Notes under the pieces: model-generated
Seen by the model: the letters and a program-made list of their open reading frames with translations, nothing else
Told to the model about the DNA's origin: nothing
Database searches by the model: none
Shown here: one piece after another, positions 47,017 through 57,299 of the stretch
How the letters are laid out: each line of letters starts with the position of its first letter
Numbering within the stretch: the first letter of the stretch is position 1
DNA from: an uncultured Methanosarcinaceae archaeon
GTDB taxonomy: Archaea > Halobacteriota > Methanosarcinia > Methanosarcinales > Methanosarcinaceae
DNA length: 64,000 nucleotides
Direction of reading: 5' to 3'
Assembly: GCA_963733675.1 (NCBI GenBank)
Contig: CAVTET010000004.1
Location: forward strand, 576,001 to 640,000
Position numbers and translations under genes: made by a program

Positions 47017-47295
47017 TCAATTACTACCCATAAGTTTGATAATGGAATTCAGAGATTCTCTCATCTGAACTGATTGTCCATCAGAGATAAAATCATCCCT
47101 GGACATGAGGTTCGCAAGCTCGCCTCCTAAAATAAATATTGCGCGCTTGTGATCTGCCTTGCTCCGATGAATGTGGACAGGGCTTATGGATAAAGCCTTA
47201 TAATCGTCAAATTCATGCGTTATCCCGTTCCTTTCAAAATACCTTTTCATTTGGGCCATATATGTGTGTAGTTGTATGAGCTCTTCCTTGTGCAT
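47017..47295 (-). CDS. UPF0058 family protein
   Basis: MHKEELIQLH...ISPVHIHRSKADHK.AIF.L signature. Confidence 0.9.
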   Translation of the reverse strand: MHKEELIQLHTYMAQMKRYFERNGITHEFDDYKALSISPVHIHRSKADHKRAIFILGGELANLMSRDDFISDGQSVQMRESLNSIIKLMGSN

Positions 47296-47514
47296 AGCGA
47301 ACAGACCTACAATTTTACAAGATCAATTTAATACTATCTTGATCCAGATAAAAGAATTGCCCGAGGAAATTGATTTCCTAGTTCAAGATAATAAAGATTG
47401 CTATATAAAGTTTATGATAAATAATGAAGGATTATATATTATAGTGTGATATTTAGCATCAAAGTGTGAAATAATGCCAAATAGTAGTTATTCAGTAATT
47501 CGTGTAAATAACTA

Positions 47515-48065
47515 GTGAACTACCCCTCCAGATCTGGTTTATGCCCTCTTAGCAAGGGGCTTCCTTCGAGTAATTCCTTCATCTGTTATCAAATTTGAGA
47601 TCCATGCGAAATTTTGTATTTCGAAGATTATCAACAAATTGTTGATAGCCCATCCACTAGGCACCTTGTGATCGGAAACGTGACAAAATATTGATAGAAC
47701 TATTTTTCGATCCCTATCAATATTGTTCCCGCCACCACAAATCATAACACACTTCCAAGAAGGCATATCATGAAGTTTTCACATCACAATATTTCTAGTT
47801 GCTGTTCTTCGCCAATTCTTGTTTATACTCTGCCTACAAGTTTTGCTTCATAGGTCCAGAATTGAACAAATCTAAATAAGTTTCCTAGACCCTGAGTAGA
47901 ACTATTTTGACCTTTCTTTAGGTTGATTTTCTTTCCCTTTTTACTATCTTTTACTTTGGTTGAGCCATAGTGTTTTCAACTATAGTTTTGCAAAGTTGAC
48001 GGCTTTCATTCCGCACCTGTCACACTGATGCGTGTCGAGGAAGGAGACTTCCAGCCTTAGAGTTA
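47515..48065 (-). mobile_element. Internally deleted IS605/IS1341-type tnpB element with both ends retained
   Basis: TnpB C-terminal remnant (C..GNNIDRD). The right end gtgaactacccctcc...aggggcttcc and the left-end hairpin near 48000-48060 are typical of IS200/IS605 ends. Confidence 0.6.
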
Positions 48066-48384
48066 AATAAAAGATAATGAGCAGAAGAAGTTTAATTTTA
48101 GAAAAAAACCAGTAATTTTCATAGTTGTTATAAATCATAAACACAATACTATTACTAAATTTTTCCAGAAATTGGAAATATATTCATTTTTCAGATTTGA
48201 TCAATGACGTAAGGACACAACAAGAAAACAAAGTATCTAATAACATTAGTTTTAAGAAATCAAAGGATATTCGATAGTAACATACAAAATAAAATTATAT
48301 GAATAAAAAAGAGAAACTGTTAAAAGTCAAAAACAAATAAAAGTAACAACTGTAAAAAAGTTAAATGAAGAGAAAAATGACCTC

Positions 48385-49965
48385 TCAGAGCATTTTAGAA
48401 GTCAGTATTTCCATATCAGCCGGTATTTTAGCAAGATTGCCAATTTTTATACCTATGAGGCTTTTAATTGCGTTGCTTGAAGCAATATCTACAAGTCTCT
48501 GCGTAATTACACCATCAAAAACGACACTTAAAACATCATCTTTATAGGCCTTTAATCTGCTGGCAAGATCACGGACTGCAATTTCTTCTACCACCTTGTC
48601 CTCAGGATCCAAAATCCTAGCTGTGAGAGTCCCTTTAAGAGCTTCGACGTGAGGCCTGAACCTGAGAGCTTCAGGAGAAACAGAAGCTATCCTTGTCGGT
48701 GCAGGAGAAACTCTGACAGCCTCGCCCCCAGGAACCTTCATGGCTGAAACCTTATCATCTAGAGGTTTTCCTCTCTGGACTCTGGCTTTTTGAGATGGCC
48801 TAGACAAAACTGTGGAGTTTGCGACAACAGGTCTTGTATCTACTGTTTCTGTTAAGAGAAACTCTTTCCCAGAGACTTTTTCGAAGGTTTTTTTGGGAAG
48901 CTTTTCAGTAATTTTTTCATGAACCTCTTCAAATATTTGTCCATAACCTTCTCCCTCCGTCTCTTCTTCCTTCGGAAATTTTTCTCCATAAGAATCTGAT
49001 ATTGAGGAGACCCTGTGGATCTTAACACGCTTGTGCAGCTTCTTCTCGGCAATTCTTGGAACAAGTTCGGGTGCCCTAATCTTCCTTTTTGGAATTCTTT
49101 CAACCCTGCAGGCGTCTTCTTCTACTTCCCTTTCCTGAATTCCATATTTTTCGATAATCTGTTCCACTGGAACCTTTCGGCGAAGGGCTCTAATAATTTC
49201 CTTCTGGACAAGGTCCTCCACACACTTCCCATCTGGAGCACGAGCAACATAGTCAATATCTGCTACCTGCAAAAGCTCACGAACGATTAGCTCGCCTCCG
49301 CGATCACCATCAGTAAAAGCAGTTACGGTCTTCTTTTTAGTAAGATCTGCAACCTCAGGAGGAATATTTGTTCCACTCACACAAATAGTGTTCTTTATAC
49401 CATAGCGGAGAAGATTCAGGATGTCGGCCCTCCCCTCAACAATAATAATGGCATCTGAATTAAGAACATTCGGCCCACAGGGAATTTTGGACTTCCCATA
49501 ATAAGTAAGCTCGTCAACCCTTACAGACTGCCGGACTTCATCAGCAAGTTCCTGTGATTCAGGCACAGTTTCATCAAACATTTTGGTGAAGATAAGTTTT
49601 GCCCTTTCAATGATCTTTTTGCGCTTTACAGCTCTTACATCTTCTACTTGGAAGACCTCAATTTTAGCGCTGCAAGGACCTACCCTATCAATAGTTTCGA
49701 GAGATGCGGCGAGAATGGATGTCTCAACCTTATCAAGGCTTGAGGGGACAAAGATATTTCCTTTGGTCTTCCCCCCTTTAGCAGTAACCATTACCTCTAT
49801 CCTACCAATTCTGCCAGTCTTTTGCAAATCACGCAAATCAAGATCAGCCCCGAGTAATCCTTCAGTCTGGCCAAAAATCGCACCTACGATATCAGGGCGT
49901 TCTATTACACCATCAGCATTAATTTTAGAATGAATAATGTACTTTGTAGTATCCGTATTTTGCAT
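48385..49965 (-). CDS. dnaG: Archaeal DnaG (TOPRIM; exosome-associated)
   Basis: [27 protein letters not shown] and DGDRGG, and C-terminal FDGVITQRL, with a long charged linker. Confidence 0.96.
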   Translation of the reverse strand: MQNTDTTKYIIHSKINADGVIERPDIVGAIFGQTEGLLGADLDLRDLQKTGRIGRIEVMVTAKGGKTKGNIFVPSSLDKVETSILAASLETIDRVGPCSAKIEVFQVEDVRAVKRKKIIERAKLIFTKMFDETVPESQELADEVRQSVRVDELTYYGKSKIPCGPNVLNSDAIIIVEGRADILNLLRYGIKNTICVSGTNIPPEVADLTKKKTVTAFTDGDRGGELIVRELLQVADIDYVARAPDGKCVEDLVQKEIIRALRRKVPVEQIIEKYGIQEREVEEDACRVERIPKRKIRAPELVPRIAEKKLHKRVKIHRVSSISDSYGEKFPKEEETEGEGYGQIFEEVHEKITEKLPKKTFEKVSGKEFLLTETVDTRPVVANSTVLSRPSQKARVQRGKPLDDKVSAMKVPGGEAVRVSPAPTRIASVSPEALRFRPHVEALKGTLTARILDPEDKVVEEIAVRDLASRLKAYKDDVLSVVFDGVITQRLVDIASSNAIKSLIGIKIGNLAKIPADMEILTSKML

Positions 49966-50179
49966 GTAAATTCTCCTGGAAATATTGTGAATAAATTATC
50001 ATGAGCAATTTTTCAAATTAACTCCTAAATGAAATTGATTAAGTATCTTGAACAATTACGATATAACTGATATTCTGGGCTTTAATCCATTTCCCTTAAG
50101 ATACAAAACTACCTTCTATACATGAAAACTCGTAAAGGTTCAGACAATGCAAAAATAGTAAAAAATCAGATTTTATACC

Positions 50180-50667
50180 AAATCAGAGATAGTACACCCT
50201 TGAAGAAGCAGATTTAAGAATTAATACAGCTACAACCGGAAAGATAACTCCAACTCTGCCTTCAATACCATCATTACCTGTGCCAGGAGATATTATTCCG
50301 GAGGACGTCCGAATGACTCTATGTAATGGAAATCTTACCTCATGAAAACCAGGTAAATTGCCAGCCCAGCTACCTTGAATATATACACTCCTAACTTTTC
50401 GAGCCGACAGAAAATAACTTTCGAGCCAAGCACCCAATAATACCTGCGATATCCCTGAGGTTTTCTATACATGCCCGAAAGCCCTCGCCCTAACATAAGT
50501 TTTCATTTGTGAACCTGAAATAATCTTCAGAGTCAGAAGCCAAGACTTGTGTTCGTCTTCGATGCCCGATAACTGAAATTTTTCATAAATAACCCTGACA
50601 GCGGGTAATCCGTGCGTGAGCATCAAAAGAGTGCCAAACGCCTCATCCCGCAAACGAGGAACTCCCT
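50180..50667 (-). ncRNA. Candidate ~490-nt structured non-coding RNA (or structured dnaG leader)
   Basis: GC-enriched island with no credible ORF. It has multiple nested helices whose non-Watson-Crick positions are G-U on the minus strand, a TATA-like TTTTATTTA ~22-29 nt upstream, and T tracts downstream. Confidence 0.55.
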
Positions 50668-51146
50668 AACGATAAGTGGTAAAGTAGTAAATAAAATGCA
50701 TCATTTTTATTGATAGCACGCTTTTACTTTAACTTCATGGGTGATGAGTATGAATTCTAACTTCACATGGTTAATTTAGCCTGATTAGGTACATATATAA
50801 ATCTAAAATTTGTAGATTTGCATGCGAATTATTTAAATTAAGTTGTCTTTACGAATTTAGCAATGATGAATGATAAAGTTGTTAATTGATATGACCTCAA
50901 TTTGATACGACCTGACAGCACAGATTCTGCCCACCTTTAAAGGAATTTTGGCAAAACAGATACCCTACATATCACACGTTTTAAATCCTTGTATTTAATG
51001 CCTCCAGGATTTAAGAACTTTGTGGTTATAAAAAGTCCAATACAATCTAGTCATTTTCTGTAAACGATGTCTTTTAAAAGAGTCAACTTTCAGAACAACT
51101 ATCGAGTAGATTCAGAAATTGTAAAAAATGATATATTCGATAAACT

Positions 51147-51165
51147 TAGAAAGGTATATATAAAA
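51147..51165 (+). promoter_or_regulatory. BRE/TATA promoter with no downstream CDS (sRNA promoter)
   Basis: AGAAAGG-TATATATAAAA, with the TATA box beginning 28 nt before the stem at 51183. Confidence 0.6.
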
Positions 51166-51182
51166 CAAAATACTTGTAAAAA

Positions 51183-51260
51183 GTTGAACGGGCGAGCCAT
51201 ATAAACTTTTTTATGTACTAACCCCCCACTCCCAAACTCGCTCGTTCAACCACTCATTTA
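51183..51260 (+). ncRNA. Candidate small regulatory RNA with a C-rich loop
   Basis: 14-bp closing stem GTTGAACGGGCGAG (51183-96) / CTCGCTCGTTCAAC (51237-50) with one G-U pair. It encloses an AU hairpin and the single-stranded AACCCCCCACTCCC. Confidence 0.65.
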
Positions 51261-51479
51261 ATAATAGCGTCATTGAAATTCAATTATAGAGTATTTATAG
51301 AGTATTAATACTTGCACAGCTTCTTATCAATAGAAATAGATTCATAGTTTAATAGATTCATAGTTTTATTTGACATGAAAGTATATGAGTCAAATTTCCT
51401 ACATACTCTCGCCTTCCTCTTCCTCTATAATTGTGATTTCTACTATCATTTATCATACTTCATCAACCGAAAAAGTTTC

Positions 51480-52870
51480 AATCCCAACAATTCTTCTTTT
51501 TTGAATTCTCCCTTTTCATGTAAGTTTTCATCTTCGTATATCTCGTCATTTGTAACCAGATGCCATAAAATTGGAGCAATTTTTCTTGCTAGAGCAATAT
51601 TGTCTTTGCATGTCCAATTGATTTCTTCTTTAGGTTAAAAATTCTTTTAATTTGCTATTTTTCTTCCTTGCTGCTGCCTGAGCAATTTGTGTTAGGATCC
51701 CCCCACTCCCTTTGATCATCTTTTTGCGTTGCTACAATTTTAAAATTTATCTGCATATTGGTATACATTTAGAATTATTCCAAGCCAAGAAGCAAGTCTA
51801 TCTATTTATTTAATAAAAATTCTTGAATTACAGATTTAAGCATTAAAGTTGCTGCACCAATTCCTCCAATACAAGAAACTGACATTAAAATACTCATTTT
51901 TAGTTCATGTTTCCTATGAGCATAATTAAAGATTTATTTTTTCAAAGCTTGTATTTCATGGTCAAGATGCCTTATAAAATCTAGGCATATCTGAAGCCTC
52001 AATGAAATACTTTTGAGATATTTATCTGTCCAGAATCTCCTTTTCTGAGCATTTTTAGGAATATTTGGAGGAAGGTTCTCTTTATTACTTAGTCAAATGT
52101 TTTCACACAAGAGATTACTGATAACATTATACTATACGACTTTTACCAAAAATATCTGTCAGCACATTATCTAGATTATAACACATCAGATGCTAGAATA
52201 ACATTGCTTCATTTTCAATAGCTTCTATTTTTGTTACAAGTATGTAGAATCCAAATTTATGAATGAAACTTTTTGACCTTTTGGAAAAACATTTGATGGC
52301 TGATCATCCTATTAAAGTGCAAATTGTACAATGAATTCAGAACCTACTTTCTATCTTTTTATGGGTAAATACCTTCATATTTCGTGTATTCCCAACTATA
52401 TATAATTATATGCTTTATCAATGAATTATACTTAGAACTCCAAAAGTCACTTGTTGATTCACATGCAAAAAAATCACATTTTTCTGATATGTCCAACTTT
52501 TAAGAGCTAAAATTTCATCATAATCTCTAGCGAACCGTTGCAGCGGTTTTTTACCGGATACACTGAGGATATTAGAAATGAAAAAACATTTGTAAATGTC
52601 TAAACCATAAGAATAACTTACCGTTTCTGCCAATTCAGACCACTCAATTTGTTTAGGTAGTGGAGTTACCCCAAAGGTAGCTTAGCATCCGTGATCAAAG
52701 TCATATTTAAGCTTCAATTGAAACTCACGCATTAGTTTCGAGAAGTTTTGGAAAATCAAAATTAGAACAAATTTCCTGCCTAAAATAACGATGGAGCTAA
52801 TGTTCAAAAAAGATTCATATGAAGCATATTTTCATTTATTTGAGCTTGTTATTCGAAAAATTTAGTATTT
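51480..52870 (-). mobile_element. Decayed IS110-family element with upstream non-coding end
   Basis: N-terminal remnant GLDIYK.FF...SGKK.LQRF.RD.DEILALKSW, plus LASWLGI, IAQAAAR and IALARKIA.ILWHL, with many stops. Confidence 0.82.
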
Positions 52871-52899
52871 GTTTTTAGTGTAATTTGAGTATTAAGTTC

Positions 52900-53510
52900 G
52901 TTTCAGTCGAATACCCCGCATCTTGCTACAGGTATGGAGACTTCCTCGAGAATCATGATTATCTAATTTTGATATATTTTTAGCCACTTTTGTTCTCTGA
53001 AATGGAAACAGATCTAAACAATTGTGTCTATGAAATAGGATACAACATGGTTTTTTTGTATGAAGTATTGGGAAAATTTTTTTAGATAACGACATCACCA
53101 ACTATTTAAAAATATATATGCTTTGAGATTGGTAAAAGGTACCATTTTGATTTTGATGTAGTAGGTACTGATAGTGATTTTGTGCATCTTGTCGTTGGCG
53201 CTGAACCAAAATATTCATCCTCAATAGTGATGCAGATTATAAAAAGTATCACAGAAAAAAAAATCTTTAAATTAATACTCTGAGATCAAAAAAGCTTTTT
53301 GGTTGTTAAATCTGGAGTGATGGAAGTTATATTGGAACTGTTGATGATGGTGCAACTTCCGACATTATTATAAAAATATTTCGGATTTCAGGAAACTAGG
53401 AAGAAAATGCATTATAGGAGCAAATCAAAGTATTTGATTTTGAGTAATTCCTTTATATCCAAAGCTTGGGATCTCGCATACTCCGTTGCTTGCAATGGGG
53501 TGCTAAACAG
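52900..53510 (+). mobile_element. Decayed IS200 tnpA element with both end hairpins
   Basis: Left hairpin ataccccgcatcttgctacagg, TnpA remnants VGTDSDFVHLVVGAEPKYS and WSDGSYIGTV, right hairpin ctccgttgcttgcaatgggg. Confidence 0.78.
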
Positions 53511-54301
53511 CAAATTTAATTTTCCAAGCCTTAAACAGTTAAATTTTTTTAATCAATAACCACAATTTGTTCATTTGTTTAATTGCCATTTGAGTATTCC
53601 ATATTGCTCCTTACATTTTGAAAGATGAGCATTATATAAATTAACTCTTGATTTAAGGTAAAACTTTGTGATATTATAATAATCATTAAAGTTTAGATCA
53701 AGTTCTCAGATTCGGATTCTACATCTGATTTAATTTTATTACATTCCAATATTTCCCCCTTTAAAATGTAGTTATCCTATTATATTTTTTCCTCTTTATA
53801 TTTAGAAATTCAATTTTAATATTTTACTCTGAGGTTATTATGAAACGTCCTTGATCCAATTTAGAGTCTTTGGTATAATTGGTGTCATCAATATAATTAT
53901 CGTATGAAATTCAAGTATACAAGCAAGATATTTATTCTAATTTCCATAAAAATCATGAGAAACTTTGACAGTAATGGTTCTTTCTGACAGCTTGCTAAAT
54001 GATGTGATATGATTGTAAATAAATAAAGAATAAGTCTTATTTTTTCATCTTACTACCCTTTATAAGTAATGATACTGTTGTATACAAGGATAAAGTAAAT
54101 AGAAGAATTCTTTTCTGAATATAAGCATTCTTTCCTGGATAAAACATTTGTTTCTAAATAATTATAATATATATGTGCACATATACCTCCAAGCTTGATA
54201 AAACCTTTATTTACTTTATAAAGCTTGAATATACCTCTTAGCTTTATAAAATTCTGTAACGAAAAGCAAAAGATTTATGCTAAAAACTCATTTAACACTG
54301 C

Positions 54302-55210
54302 GTGAATTTTAGAAAGCTATACAGGATCATCTGTATTTCCTTTTTAATTATGTCTTTTCAGGGGAATGCATTTGCGGCCACGATTCACGGGACTATATAT
54401 GAGTGGGAGAGTTTCAAACCTCTTAATAATTCAGTCGTTGAAATTAACTCCACTCCTGAACAAAATTTTGTTGCAACGGATGCAAACTATTCCTTCAATC
54501 TTACTCCTGGGAATTACTTGATAACTGCAAATTATTTTGAGGGAAAAACCATAGTTTATACTGCTAAAGAGGATGTTGTAATCTCAGATAAAGGAGAGTA
54601 TGTGCATGACCTTCTTCTATTTCCAACCTATAACGAACAGCTTCTGAACCATAGTGGATTTGAAGTCCCGAATTTGAATTTTAAGGAGACAAAACACGCA
54701 GATCAGGCAAACTCTCAAAATTACTTTTTTGTATCTGTTGCCCTTATCTCCATACTAGTCCTTTTACTGGGAGGCTATTTCATAAAAAAATGGTATCTAA
54801 AATCTCTTGTGATAACAAATAGTTTTCCGGACGGAGATAAGGAGCCAAAAACATTGCAACCTGAGAGTCCCATAGATGAAGAAGAGAATCTTGATGACAC
54901 TTTTGAAATAAGTTCTAAATTGCCCGCAACCAACTCTGTAGATGTCGGTGATCTTCAAGAGGACCGTGAAATCAATCTCCCTGAGGATCTCAAAGAACTT
55001 CTGAATCTAATTCGAAATAACGGAAACCGAATTACCCAGAGAGAACTCCGGAAAAAATCTCCTTACTCAGAATCCAAAGTCAGCCTTATGCTTTCAGACC
55101 TTGAAGAACGCGGCTTAATTGAAAAATTCAAAAGAGGTAGAGGAAATATAATACGTATTCCTGACGAACATCTCTCTAAACAAACAGAAGATGACAGTAC
55201 GCAGGAATAG
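54302..55210 (+). CDS. Membrane-anchored winged-helix protein (signal peptide, extracellular beta domain, one TM helix, acidic linker, wHTH)
   Basis: AFA|A signal cleavage site, TM helix FFVSVALISILVLLLGGYFI, and C-terminal ITQRELRKK...SESKVSLMLSDLEERGLIEK.KRGRGN. Confidence 0.85.
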   Translation: MNFRKLYRIICISFLIMSFQGNAFAATIHGTIYEWESFKPLNNSVVEINSTPEQNFVATDANYSFNLTPGNYLITANYFEGKTIVYTAKEDVVISDKGEYVHDLLLFPTYNEQLLNHSGFEVPNLNFKETKHADQANSQNYFFVSVALISILVLLLGGYFIKKWYLKSLVITNSFPDGDKEPKTLQPESPIDEEENLDDTFEISSKLPATNSVDVGDLQEDREINLPEDLKELLNLIRNNGNRITQRELRKKSPYSESKVSLMLSDLEERGLIEKFKRGRGNIIRIPDEHLSKQTEDDSTQE

Positions 55211-55706
55211 GGTTGAAGAGGTAGTTTATATAACATTTTTTGTGAAAAGTAAATCGCAAACTATATATCAAAATTCACCCACTAAGCAGCAATAAAGGTT
55301 AAACAATATTTGAAAGACAGGGAATAAAAATCTAATAATTTCCTTCTTGCGTCCCAAAATTTCAAAAACAGCTTTCTGGTGCAACAAAGATCGTTCACAG
55401 ATTGGACTTGATTTAACTAGATTAATAGCAAATACAAGGTAATTGAATCCTACTTTACGAAAGACTAAGTTTAAGAAACGATGACACTATTCAGCCTACC
55501 AAAAACCAATTGGTTGACATCTATTTTGACGCAATAAATTATTCTGATCACTAAATGAGGGGGAAATAAAAAACATGATCAATCGCTGAAATTTAAAGAA
55601 AATAAGCCAATTGAAATTCACTCATTGGATATAGTAAAGATGGCTATTGATACTTTTTTTCCAGAATGAATAGTACTAAATCATATGAAATGATATGAGG
55701 GATAAC

Positions 55707-56210
55707 ATGAGAATTTCCATGGACATTGAACTAAAAGATGTGCCTGGGCAAATGCTTTTAGCCCTCCAGCCTCTTTCAGAATGCAAAGCTAATCTGATAA
55801 CTGTATTACATCACCATCAGAAAAGAACCCCTCGAAAAACAGTGCCAGTACAGCTTGTCCTTGAAACTAAACCTGAAAACACTGAAATTATAAAAGCAAA
55901 ACTTGAAGAAAATGGGATCAGGGTTGTAAGAGTTGGAGAACACCGTTTTAGGGAGAGTATACATGCGGTCCTTATAGGGCATGTGATACACACGGGAATC
56001 CAGGATACTATCGATGAAATTGACAAAACTGGTTTTGCTGAGGTTGTGGATCTTTCCCTCTCAATGCCTGGCATTAATCTGCTTTCTTCAACCCTCATAA
56101 AAATCGATGCTGTGAGTAAAGAAGATCTGCAAAAAGCACTCAAAATTCTAAAAGAAATTTCAGCAAAAAAAGACCTTCTGATGATACTCCCGATAAACAT
56201 TCAGGCCTGA
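55707..56210 (+). CDS. ACT-domain amino-acid-binding protein (partner of homoserine dehydrogenase)
   Basis: IELKDVPGQ...L.PLS...ANLI ACT motif, immediately upstream of hom. The start may be 55695 or 55707. Confidence 0.85.
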   Translation: MRISMDIELKDVPGQMLLALQPLSECKANLITVLHHHQKRTPRKTVPVQLVLETKPENTEIIKAKLEENGIRVVRVGEHRFRESIHAVLIGHVIHTGIQDTIDEIDKTGFAEVVDLSLSMPGINLLSSTLIKIDAVSKEDLQKALKILKEISAKKDLLMILPINIQA

Positions 56211-56232
56211 AAAAATTGAGGAGATTGAAAAC

Positions 56233-57231
56233 ATGAAGAAGATAACCTGTTCCATTCTCGGATTCGGTGCCATCGGACAGGGGGTTGCCGAGGTACTCCT
56301 TATGAAGAAAGAGTATCTTGAAAGTATCGGGTTGGAAGTGAAAGTAGTTGCTGTTGTGGACTCAAAGGGTGCAACTGTCAATCCTGAAGGCTTGAACCTT
56401 GCAGATTGTCTTTCCCGTAAGAGAATTCGCGGCACTGTAGCCCTAGGGAATATTAGCGGAATCGAAGTTATTAGGTCTGTAGACCATGAACTGGTAATAG
56501 AGACTACTCCTACAAACATCAAAACCGGCGGAGTAGGTCTCCAGAATATGTTCGCAGCCTTTCAAACCGGGAAGTCCCTTATTACTTCGAATAAAGGTCC
56601 ACTTACCCTTAAGTATAGAGAACTCATGACGACTGCGAAAGCAGCCGGTTTGGAGTTCAGATTTGAAGCCACAGTTGGGGGATCAATGCCAATTATTAAC
56701 CTGGCAAACGAAGTTCTCGCAGGCAATAAGATTATAAGTATCAAAGGTATCCTGAACGGAACCTGTAATTACATCCTAACAAGAATGCTGGAAGAAAGAG
56801 CAAGTTACACTGACATTCTTGTCGAGTCAATTGAGCTCGGAATTGCAGAAACCGATCCCACATACGATGTTGAAGGGATTGATACTGCCTGCAAGCTAGT
56901 AATTCTGGCAAATGCTATCTTCGGACTCGACACTACTTACAAGGATGTTGAAGTTACAGGAATTACCAAGATTACTACTGAAGCCCTGGAGATGGCTAAT
57001 GAAAATGGGCATGCAATAAAACTTATAGGCGAAGTTAGCAGGGAAAGGATCGAGGTGGCCCCAAGGCTTGTACCTATCAACCATCCTCTTGCAGTCGGAG
57101 GTACTTTAAATATCGCATCTTTATGCACTGAACTTGCAGGAGAAATTACAGTTACTGGTAAAGGTGCAGGCCCTGTTGAGACAGCAAGTGCGATTCTTAG
57201 CGATCTGATAGCAATTTACAAGCACCCATAG
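56233..57231 (+). CDS. hom: Homoserine dehydrogenase
   Basis: GFGAIG, TSNKGP, FEATVGG, GILNGT.NYIL, AE.DP..DVEG.D.ACK and GAGP.ETASA. Confidence 0.96.
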   Translation: MKKITCSILGFGAIGQGVAEVLLMKKEYLESIGLEVKVVAVVDSKGATVNPEGLNLADCLSRKRIRGTVALGNISGIEVIRSVDHELVIETTPTNIKTGGVGLQNMFAAFQTGKSLITSNKGPLTLKYRELMTTAKAAGLEFRFEATVGGSMPIINLANEVLAGNKIISIKGILNGTCNYILTRMLEERASYTDILVESIELGIAETDPTYDVEGIDTACKLVILANAIFGLDTTYKDVEVTGITKITTEALEMANENGHAIKLIGEVSRERIEVAPRLVPINHPLAVGGTLNIASLCTELAGEITVTGKGAGPVETASAILSDLIAIYKHP

Positions 57232-57299
57232 AGTATAACAATTTTTGTTTTAAAAACCCGAAATTCGGGAAACAATCTAATTAAAAAGCTGCGTGAACC

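Noticed and set aside
50183-50653. ORFs 50183-50437 and 50465-50653 as proteins
   Set aside because: They have TTG starts, no RBS, no recognisable motif and atypical composition. They are better explained as chance ORFs in GC-richer structured DNA.
50180-50667. SRP RNA, RNase P RNA or group II intron
   Set aside because: I could not find the SRP helix-8 motif, the RNase P GAGGAAAGUCC / P4 signature, or a group II domain V on either strand.
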